Below, one piece after another: positions 57,191-64,000 of a stretch of DNA of 64,000 nucleotides. Within the stretch, counting starts at the first letter, position 1, and the number at the start of each line of letters is the position of its first letter. The notes beneath the pieces were generated by a model that was not told the DNA's origin, did not search any database, and worked only from the letters and a program-made list of their open reading frames with translations. Position numbers and translations under genes: made by a program. This DNA comes from Candidatus Marinacidobacterales bacterium (GTDB lineage: Bacteria; Acidobacteriota; Vicinamibacteria; Marinacidobacterales; SMYC01): positions 5,319,728 to 5,383,727 of the forward strand of contig OZ253507.1 in the NCBI GenBank assembly GCA_965262245.1. The letters are read 5' to 3'.

Positions 57191-57191
57191 T

Positions 57192-57247
57192 GGCCCTGTG
57201 GCTGAAGGGAGTAGGCGCTCGATTCCTAATCGAGATCATGCGCGTTC
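57192..57247 (+). tRNA. tRNA-Arg (CCU), 5' portion (interrupted in the T-loop by the IS3-family element)
   Basis: Hand fold: acceptor GGCCCTG, D-arm GCTG-AAGGGAGT-AGGC, anticodon arm CTCGA-TTCCTAA-TCGAG, variable loop ATCAT, T-stem GCGCG, then TTC. Confidence 0.75.
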
Positions 57248-57317
57248 CCTCTGTGCCAACATCGCTGAGACACTTCGCCCCTTGAAATTAGTGTAGAGGG
57301 TGGAGGAGGATCAACGC

Positions 57318-57758
57318 ATGAGTATTTTGATTGAGAGAGAGACCTCGGCGGGATCGGCAGGAGCCCGTAGGGCGACTAGAGATCCCGCCGGCCGCGATGC
57401 GGCGGGGGTCGAGGATCCCGAAGTGCGCGAGCAAGCGAAGCGTCGACGCTTTAGCGCGGAGTACAAGCTGCGGATAGTGCGTGAGGCCGATGCCTTCGGC
57501 AAGGGTGACGGTGACGTTGCTGCTCTTCTGCGTCGAGAGGGCTTGTACTCGTCGCAATTATCGAGTTGGCGTCGCCAACGTGACGAGATCGCCAAGGTTG
57601 GGATGACGTCGAGAAAGCGAGGCCGGAAGGCGAAGGCAGAGGATCCACGGGTCAAGGAGCTCGAGCGCGAGAACGCCCGGCTCCAACGTCGCCTGGCTCG
57701 GGTGGAGACGATGCTGGAGATCCAAAAAAAACCTCCGAACTACTGGGGATCCCCCTGA
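57318..57758 (+). CDS. IS3-family transposase OrfA
   Basis: The ORF carries an HTH/leucine-zipper OrfA (RRRFSAEYKLRIVREA.., ..LERENARLQRRLARVETMLEIQKK). It ends just after the A8 run. Confidence 0.8.
   Translation: MSILIERETSAGSAGARRATRDPAGRDAAGVEDPEVREQAKRRRFSAEYKLRIVREADAFGKGDGDVAALLRREGLYSSQLSSWRRQRDEIAKVGMTSRKRGRKAKAEDPRVKELERENARLQRRLARVETMLEIQKKPPNYWGSP
57724..57731 (+). promoter_or_regulatory. A8 slippery run, candidate -1 programmed frameshift site for OrfAB
   Basis: The sequence is CCAAAAAAAACC. The -1 frame continues as KKTSELLGIPLNPLESDEND. Confidence 0.55.
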
Positions 57759-57789
57759 ATCCACTCGAGAGCGACGAGAACGACTGATC

Positions 57790-58920
57790 GTGGCGGCCGA
57801 GGAGCTGGCGGGGCGGATTGGGCAAACGGCGGAAGCCTGCGAGGCTCTGGGTGTGGCTCGTTCCACGTTGTATCGCAGGCGCCAGCCGGTGACGCCCAAA
57901 CCGAAGCGTCGTCCTCGGCCGCACCGAGCTCTCGACGAAACTGAGCGCGAGGAAGTCCTCGGGGCCTTGCACTGTGAGCGGTTCGTCGACAAGGCGCCCG
58001 CTCAGGTGTGGGCTACGCTTCTGGACGAGGGAACCTACCTCTGCTCGATTCGCACGATGTATCGGATTTTGGAGGAGCACGGCGAGGTCCGAGAGCGCCG
58101 GAACCAACGGCGCCATCCGAACTACACCAAGCCGGAGCTGTTGGCCGAAGCGCCGAACCAGGTTTGGTCGTGGGATATCACGAAGCTTCGTGGCCCCCTC
58201 AAGTGGACCTACTACCTCTACGTCATCCTCGACATCTTCTCCCGCTACGTGGTTGGCTGGATGCTGGCTCACCGAGAAAGTGCCGCGCTCGCCCAACGCC
58301 TCATCGCCGAGAGCTGTCGCAAGCAGGACATTGAACCCGACCAGCTCACCCTTCACGCGGACCGTGGCAGCTCGATGAGGAGCAAGCCCGTGGGTCTGCT
58401 CCTGGCTGACCTCGGAGTTACCAAGACCCACTCCAGGCCTTACGTCTCGAACGACAATCCCTACTCCGAGTCTCAGTTCAAGACGATGAAGTACTGTCCT
58501 CAGTTTCCGAGCCGCTTTGGTTCCGCCGAAGACGGCCGGCTATTCTGCTGCGGTTTCTTCGACTACTACAATTTTCACCCCCGGCACTCGGGAATCGGCC
58601 TTATGACACCGGCCGACGTTCACTATGGTCGAGCCGAACAGCTCACCACCGCTCGGCGCCAGATCCTTCTCGAAGCTCAACAGGCTCATCCCGAACGCTT
58701 CGTTCGCGGAACGCCGCAACCGCCCGTTTTGCCTCCGCAGGCCTGGATCAACCCGCCGCTGGAAAAAACGACGCTCCACGATGCCGCACAAGCCCCTCTC
58801 GCGGCGGCGTCCATACCTGGGGTACCTCCTTTTTCTGCTTCACGCAACGAGATCTTGATCGATGTTGACGTCGATCGCGCCGACCTCACGAGTCTCCCCA
58901 CCATAATCGAGGCTCACTAA
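57790..58920 (+). CDS. IS3-family transposase OrfB (rve integrase core)
   Basis: The ORF reads VWSWDITKL..YLYVILDIFSRYVVGWM..LTLHADRGSSM..SNDNPYSESQFKTMKY..HSGIGLMTPADVHYG. Confidence 0.85.
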   Translation: MAAEELAGRIGQTAEACEALGVARSTLYRRRQPVTPKPKRRPRPHRALDETEREEVLGALHCERFVDKAPAQVWATLLDEGTYLCSIRTMYRILEEHGEVRERRNQRRHPNYTKPELLAEAPNQVWSWDITKLRGPLKWTYYLYVILDIFSRYVVGWMLAHRESAALAQRLIAESCRKQDIEPDQLTLHADRGSSMRSKPVGLLLADLGVTKTHSRPYVSNDNPYSESQFKTMKYCPQFPSRFGSAEDGRLFCCGFFDYYNFHPRHSGIGLMTPADVHYGRAEQLTTARRQILLEAQQAHPERFVRGTPQPPVLPPQAWINPPLEKTTLHDAAQAPLAAASIPGVPPFSASRNEILIDVDVDRADLTSLPTIIEAH

Positions 58921-58961
58921 ATGCAGCTCGCGAGTGTCCCAAAGTTGTTGACATGTTCCGG

Positions 58962-58984
58962 TTCGAGTCGCGCCAGGGCCTCCA
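58962..58984 (+). tRNA. tRNA-Arg (CCU), 3' portion
   Basis: TTCGAGT-CGCGC-CAGGGCC-T-CCA complements the GCGCG T-stem and the GGCCCTG acceptor strand found 1.7 kb upstream. Confidence 0.75.
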
Positions 58985-59122
58985 GTTTCCCGCTCTGTCG
59001 CGGGGAGGCCTCGGGATAGCGGCATCTCGTACAGCAACAGCTCCGTCCGGGCGGAGCTCGCGGTCGTGGCGATGAGCGAGGTCCAGTGAACCTCACCGGA
59101 GGAGATTTTCGTCGTTTTGCGA

Positions 59123-60343
59123 CTAGACCGGTATCCTCGGCAAGTACGTGCGCGTGCGCGTCGCCATCCGGTAGGCGTTGGTCGCCCGCGGGGCAAGCAG
59201 TTCCAGCTCCACCTTGGTAATCCTCTGCTCACCCTGCTGTCCCCACAAAACGACTTCATCGCCGATGGCAACGTTCGGAGAGCCGGTGACGTCGACCATC
59301 ATGTGATTCGCGGTAATCGGCGCTACGACGCGATGACGCCGGCCGCGAATGAGCACGTCGGCCATGTTGGTGACAATGGGCGGATAGCCGTCGGAGTAGC
59401 CGCACGGGAGCGTCGCGATGCGCGTTTCCTTTCTTATCTGGTAGGTTCGATGATACGAAAGGGCGTCCCCCTCCTGCAGGGTCTTCACGTAGACGACACG
59501 AGTCTTGAAAGACATGACGGGCCGGATGCTCATGTTTTTCTGCCGTTCGGGCTCTAGTCCGACGAGACAGTTGCCCGGTCGCACCATATCGAGCCACGCG
59601 TAGGGAAACCGATCGACTTCGGCGGTCGATGCCGCGTGCCGGATGCCCGTCGCAATGCCTCGGCTCGTGGCCGCATCACAGATTTCCTCGATGCGTTCGA
59701 TCTGGACGGGATTGTAGTCATCGTCCTAGGTCATTGCGGTAAAGGTGGCCTCGATCTCGATGTTCGGCAGAGCTGCGACTCTTTCGATGAAGGCAAGGAC
59801 CTCGCCATGGGGAACGCCGACGCGCCCCATCCCAGTGTCGACGCATATGTGTACTTTCGCGGTCTTACCGAGTTTGCCAGCCTCTTCGGAAAGCACATCA
59901 ACGGCACCGGAATACACCGATTGGGAGATGTCGTGCTCGAGCAGTTCGGGGATTTCGCGGCGGGAGAACGGTCCCGCGTTCAAGATCATGCCTTCGATAC
60001 CACTCTGCCTCAACGTGGTAGCTTCACGCGTTTTCACAACCATGAAATGGCGGACTTCGCTATCCCTCTGCAACGCCGTCGCGATCTCGACGTCTCCGTG
60101 ACCATAGGCGTTGCATTTCACCACCGCCATGATGGGTCTATCGCCTATTCTTCTCCGGACTTCACGGACGTTGGACGCAAGGGCATCCATATCGAGCTCG
60201 ATCCATGGATCGATTTGCTCGTCCACGTCGAAATTTTCCGAGGACGGTCGCTGGCTCGACCCACGGGCGAGCTTGCCCGTGAGAAGCACTGCCATCGAAG
60301 CGCCTGCAACTCCCAGAAACTCTCTGCGTTTGGTATCGCCCAT
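59123..60343 (-). pseudogene. Alanine/amino-acid racemase with a Tat-type signal peptide, interrupted by one in-frame TAG (59726-59728)
   Basis: The signal is MGDTKRREFLGVAGASMAVLL. The PLP-Lys motif is AVVKCNAYGHG. Track ORFs 59726-60343 and 59123-59587 share one frame. The C-domain carries LPCGYSDGYP. Confidence 0.7.
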
Positions 60344-60368
60344 GATCCACTCCTTCCAAAACTAGATA

Positions 60369-60587
60369 TCAGGTGTCGCTCCACACGATGTCGAAGACGG
60401 CCGTGCGAAGCTCAGCGAACCCGCCGCCCACTATGCTGGTCAGCAAGATGATGGTGGTGTCGTTTTCTTCCGTGGGAAACGAAAACTCCCGGTGGAGGCG
60501 TACGTCCTTGTCAGCTTCCCACGCCACAACGGAGTGGCACAACGACACCCACGTGAGAAGCAGAGTAAGTGCCAAGCGAGTCATCAT
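60369..60587 (-). CDS. Small secreted hypothetical protein
   Basis: A 72-aa ORF with the signal peptide MMTRLALTLLLTWVSLCHS. Confidence 0.35.
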   Translation of the reverse strand: MMTRLALTLLLTWVSLCHSVVAWEADKDVRLHREFSFPTEENDTTIILLTSIVGGGFAELRTAVFDIVWSDT

Positions 60588-60694
60588 TGATAGAGGAAAA
60601 ACGGGCGTGATTTTACGATACCATACGGAGCGGCGAGTGCCTGTGCTCGTGCCCGGTTGAGGCTATCGTGGCGCCACTATTGGAGAAATGTGTG

Positions 60695-60900
60695 ATGACG
60701 ACTCGAACCCTCGCGCGGATCGCGGTTCTGGCTGGGCTCTTAGGACTCGGTACCACCGCGGCCTCACAAGATTGGCCGCAGTGGCGTGGCCCGAACCGCG
60801 ACGGAGCCGTGATGTCTTTCAAAGCGCCCACCGCGTGGACAGAAACGCTGGTCGAACAATGGAAACTGGACGTAGGGCTGGGCTACGCAACGCCCGTAGA
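60695..60900 (+). pseudogene. N-terminal fragment of a PQQ-like beta-propeller protein
   Basis: The fragment reads MTTRTLARIAVLAGLLGLGTTAASQDWPQWRGPNRDGAV..WKLDVGLGYATPV and then loses similarity. Confidence 0.55.
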
Positions 60901-60937
60901 ACACAAGGGTTGTTTCGGCCACGGCTCCAAGGTACTG

Positions 60938-61273
60938 CTAATAGGCCAGGATGTCGCGGATTCGAGGACCTCGCACGGGGGATGCGTCGGCAAGTAACGC
61001 CGCGAAGTCGAAAAATCGTGAGCCTGCGAGCGCAAGAGCGAGTTGTTCGCGCTCCTCGGGGCTCGACGCCTCTCCGCTCCGCTGCGGAAGCAGTCGTTCG
61101 AGAACCTCGGCTGGCGCCGTCAGCAAGCCGCGCGCGGGGAACTGCTCGGAAATCCGATAGTACGAGCGCCAGGCTTCGAGCGCTTTGGGGGCTTCGCCAA
61201 GCAGCAGAGACAATCCGAGAAGTATCTCGGATGGCACGATTTGCCCTGGCTCTTCCGCCGCCACGCGCTCCAT
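60938..61273 (-). pseudogene. Unassigned protein fragment
   Basis: A 111-aa ORF with coding-like composition but no recognisable family. It is flanked by rearranged DNA. Confidence 0.2.
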
Positions 61274-61447
61274 CTTTAGCCTGAAGTTCCCTGCTTCAAA
61301 CCCCTGTTAATTGATGTAAATGCCTGTTTACGCAGGACATATGATTAATTTGGTTTCGCCATATGTTCCCATGTAACTAGGCTGTAACTCTCTTTGTCAT
61401 GGCTTTATTGATTGCATTCATGGCCAGAATAGCGTATATATGTTCCC

Positions 61448-61886
61448 ATGTACATCGAGACCGTGCGCAATCGAAACTCTCCGCCCGCAATCCTCTTACG
61501 CGAGGGCTGGCGGGAAGGGAAGAAGGTCCGAAAGCGTACCCTCGCCAACCTTTCACACCTGCCCAAAAATATCATCGAGCTCATACGCCGCGCTCTCAAA
61601 GGTGAGGCCTTCGTCGCTGTCAGCGAAGCATTTGAGGTCATCAAGTCCTCGCTTCACGGCCACGTCAACGCCTGTCGTACGACGATGAGACGCCTTCGTT
61701 TCGACAAATTGCTCGCTTCGATGCCATGCCGTGAGCGCAACCTGGTCGAGGCGATGGTTGCCGCACGCATCCTCGAACCTGACAGCAAACTCGCGACGAC
61801 ACGGTGGTGGCACACCACCACACTGCCCGAAAGCCTCGGTGTGGCCGATGCCAACGAGGATGATCTCTATGCCGCCATGGATTGGT
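61448..61886 (+). pseudogene. IS1634-like transposase, segment 1 (N-terminus), cut by IS256-family copy 1
   Basis: MYIETVRNRNSPPAILLREGWREGKKVRKRTLANLSHLP....DDLYAAMDW continues at 63324 as (D)WLLERQERIEKK. Confidence 0.8.
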
Positions 61887-63323
61887 GAGAGTGTGCCATT
61901 CTTAGTTGGAAATTGAAACGGCTCCCAACCCCGTGGTTTGATGACGTTGGCAAAAACAACATCAAGCCGCAAGAGAAAGGAGCCGAGATGGGAAGTCTGC
62001 TACGTACAGCCAAGAAACACAAGAAGTCACGTCGTTTGGGTAAGCCCGAGGTAATGGCGCGCGAGGAGTACGGGGAGCTCGAGGTGGACGTCAAAATAGA
62101 GATGATCCGTTCGCTAATCCCGCTTGGGTTAATGCACGTTCACGAGCTGCTCGACGACGAAGTGAAGGAGTTGGCGGGAGAGCGATACGCTCGTAAGGAC
62201 GAACTGGAGCGTGGCCGCCGCCACGGAACCAACCCTGGCACGGTAGGGCTTGCCGGCCAGCGGGTACCGATCCGTGTGCCACGGGTTCGGAGCCAAGAGG
62301 GAGTAGAGATACCGCTTCGCTCCTACGAAGCACTGAACGACGGCGGAGAGGTGAATGATCTGCTGCTGAAACGAGTGCTCTACGGAATCTCGTGTCGCAA
62401 CTACGAGGCTGCAGCGGAAGCGATACCGGGCGCTATCGGGCTGTCGAGCTCGACGGTGTCCCGAGGTTTCGTACAAGCGAGCGCAGCGAAACTTCGGGAG
62501 ATGCAGGAACGGGATCTGTCCGGCGAAGATGTGGTGGCGCTGTTCCTGGACGGGAAATCATTCGCCGACGCAATGATGGTCATCGCGCTGGGCATCACAC
62601 TTTCCGGGGAAAAACGCTTTTTGGGCTTCGTGGAGACGGACACGGAGAACGAGAAGGTGTTGACGCCGTTCCTGCGTTCACTGCTCGCGCGGGGACTCGA
62701 CAGCTCCCAGGGTCTACTGGTGATCATCGATGGCGGCAAGGGTCTGAAAGCGGCCGTAAAGAAGGCGTTCCGAAAGCGGGTCCTGATACAACGGTGCCAG
62801 TGGCACAAACGTGAAAACGTCGTGAGCTATCTGTCCAAGGGCGAGCAGGCGTCGTTGCGCAAGCGGTTGCAGTCGGCCTACAACAGGCCGGAATATAAAG
62901 AGGCCCTCGCGGCCCTCGATCAACTGCACGATGAATTGGAGGAGCGGAACCAATCCGCAGCTGGGAGCTTGGAGGAAGGAATCGAGGAGACGCTCACATT
63001 GCATCGTCTCGGCGTGTACGGGGCGCTGGGCCGTTCGTTCAAGACGACGAACTGCCTTGAATCCGTCAATGCTCTCGTCGAGGAACGCTGCGCGAAGGTC
63101 GACCACTGGAAGAACTCCAGCCAACGCCAGCGGTGGCTGGCGACAGCCCTCGTGGACATCGAACCCCGCTTGAGGAGGGTGATCGGCTACCGCCATCTTC
63201 CGAAGCTTCGCGAAGCTCTCAAGCGGGAACTGAAGATCGAGACGAAGACATCAACGGTGTCGAAGAAGAAGGCCGCCTAATTTATGAGCCGTGGAGAGTT
63301 TCAACTAAGAATAGGCTTGACTC
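61887..63323 (+). mobile_element. IS256-family (Mutator-type) element, copy 1
   Basis: The imperfect IRs are GAGAGTGTGCCATTCTTAGTTGGAAA.. and the reverse complement of ..TTTCAACTAAGAATAGGCTTGACTC. The 8-bp TSD GGATTGGT lies at 61879-61886 and 63324-63331. Confidence 0.9.
61988..63280 (+). CDS. IS256-family transposase
   Basis: The ORF reads MGSLLRTAKK.. with MULE-type motifs (VALFLDGKSF, LVIIDGGKGL, QRCQWHKREN, NCLESVN). Confidence 0.85.
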   Translation: MGSLLRTAKKHKKSRRLGKPEVMAREEYGELEVDVKIEMIRSLIPLGLMHVHELLDDEVKELAGERYARKDELERGRRHGTNPGTVGLAGQRVPIRVPRVRSQEGVEIPLRSYEALNDGGEVNDLLLKRVLYGISCRNYEAAAEAIPGAIGLSSSTVSRGFVQASAAKLREMQERDLSGEDVVALFLDGKSFADAMMVIALGITLSGEKRFLGFVETDTENEKVLTPFLRSLLARGLDSSQGLLVIIDGGKGLKAAVKKAFRKRVLIQRCQWHKRENVVSYLSKGEQASLRKRLQSAYNRPEYKEALAALDQLHDELEERNQSAAGSLEEGIEETLTLHRLGVYGALGRSFKTTNCLESVNALVEERCAKVDHWKNSSQRQRWLATALVDIEPRLRRVIGYRHLPKLREALKRELKIETKTSTVSKKKAA

Positions 63324-63687
63324 GGATTGGTTGCTCGAGCGGCAAGAACGTATCGAGAAAAAACTGGCTGGACGACACCTCAAAAAAGGAGGCTTGGTGC
63401 TCTACGATCTCAGCTCCAGCTACTTTGAGGGTGTCACCTGCCCTCTGGCCGCCATGGGATATAGCCGTGATGGCAAAAGAGACAGACTGCAAGTCAACTA
63501 CGGTCTAGTCACTGACGAGCGGGGTTGCCCGGTCGCCGTGTCGGTCTTTGCGGGCAATGAGTCGGATAGCACGACGTTGATGCCCCAAGTCGAGATGGTG
63601 AGAAACAGGTTTGGCATCAAGACCCTAGTGCTCGTCGGTGACCGAGGCATGATTTCTCAGAAGCGGATCGACGATGACCTCCGCAAC
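63324..63687 (+). pseudogene. IS1634-like transposase, segment 2, cut again by IS256-family copy 2
   Basis: The segment runs WLLERQERIEKKLAGRHLKKGGLVLYDLSSSYFEG..VLVGDRGMISQKRIDDDLRNE and then the IS256 left end follows. Confidence 0.8.
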
Positions 63688-64000
63688 GAGAGTGTGCCAT
63701 TCTTAGTTGGAAATTGAAACGGCTCCCAACCCCGTGGTTTGATGACGTTGGCAAAAACAACATCAAGCCGCAAGAGAAAGGAGCCGAGATGGGAAGTCTG
63801 CTACGTACAGCCAAGAAACACAAGAAGTCACGTCGTTTGGGTGAGCCCGAGGTAATGGCGCGCGAGGAGTACGGGGAGCTCGAGGTGGACGTCAAAATAG
63901 AGATGATCCGTTCGTTAATCCCGCTTGGGTTGATGCACGTTCACGAGCTGCTCGACGACGAAGTGAAGGAGTTGGCGGGAGAGCGATACGCTCGTAAGGA
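63688..64000 (+). mobile_element. IS256-family element, copy 2 (runs off the window)
   Basis: It matches copy 1 from the first base of the left IR apart from a few single-base differences (for example ggtaagccc versus ggtgagccc). The transposase ATG is at 63789. Confidence 0.9.

Larger units (their letters stand above)
57248..58961 (+). mobile_element. IS3-family element inserted in the tRNA-Arg(CCU) T-loop
   Basis: It is bounded by the duplicated TTC (57245-57247 and 58962-58964). The imperfect ~45-bp terminal IRs are TGTGCCAACATCGCTGAGACACTTCGC.. and the reverse complement of ..GCGAGTGTCCCAAAGTTGTTGACA. The exact outermost bases are uncertain by about 4-8 nt. Confidence 0.8.

Noticed and set aside
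55092-60900. The idea that the tRNA/IS/racemase block is an island inserted into one PQQ-propeller gene, whose fragments lie at 55.1 kb and 60.7 kb.
   Set aside because: Both fragments are on the plus strand, but the C-terminal piece lies upstream of the N-terminal piece. This is the wrong order for a simple insertion. They may come from different paralogues or from more complex rearrangement. No duplicated target site was found.
61290-61450. An AT-rich stretch with a 15-bp direct repeat (ATATGTTCCCATGTA at about 61363 and about 61437), considered as a possible CRISPR or iteron-like array.
   Set aside because: There are only two copies, and they lie immediately upstream of the IS1634-like transposase start. 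This is most simply the IS terminal/promoter region. No repeat-spacer periodicity was seen anywhere in the window.

Overview
This is a high-GC bacterial accessory region. Its gene content looks Acidobacteria-like (an ADOP-type FtsX permease and several Ser/Thr kinases fused to TPR, TolB or PEGA modules), but that is inference only. All family calls rest on hand-read motifs; no database search was possible.

The intact or near-intact content is:
- A sodium-pump biotin decarboxylase operon of the glutaconyl-CoA decarboxylase type, with an acyl-CoA dehydrogenase (1.1-5.5 kb).
- Two multicopper-oxidase / metal-resistance clusters (17.8-21.4 kb and 39.4-44.9 kb).
- VapBC and MazEF toxin-antitoxin pairs.
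- An aromatic ring-cleavage LigAB plus MFS transporter cluster.
- Assorted hydrolases.

The region is saturated with mobile DNA. There are two different IS3-family elements, an IS1595-family element, an IS5-family element, two IS1634-like remnants and two near-identical IS256-family copies. Insertion boundaries, inverted repeats and target-site duplications can be read directly for most of them.

The most interesting items are:
1. A 3.75-kb IS1595-family transposon (12135-15885) has perfect 24-bp inverted repeats and an 8-bp target duplication. It carries an AT-richer fused nuclease-methyltransferase-specificity (Type IIG-like) restriction-modification gene plus a small unknown ORF. It splits a gene for a fibrinogen-related-domain protein, and that gene can be rebuilt in frame.
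2. A dense array of 16 tRNA genes (55.7-57.25 kb, last member finishing at 58.98 kb) has many non-canonical members. Three class-I (short variable arm) tRNAs carry leucine anticodons and A73. The last tRNA is split in its T-loop by an IS3-family element.
3. An unannotated selenoprotein gene (28565-30043) has a deiodinase-like FGxxT-U-PPF active site read through an in-frame TGA. A GGUCU-loop hairpin downstream resembles a bacterial SECIS, and the C-terminus carries EF-hand repeats.

Many long genes are broken by single frameshifts that can be repaired by adding one base to a short homopolymer. A substantial part of the apparent pseudogenisation may therefore be indel error in the assembly.
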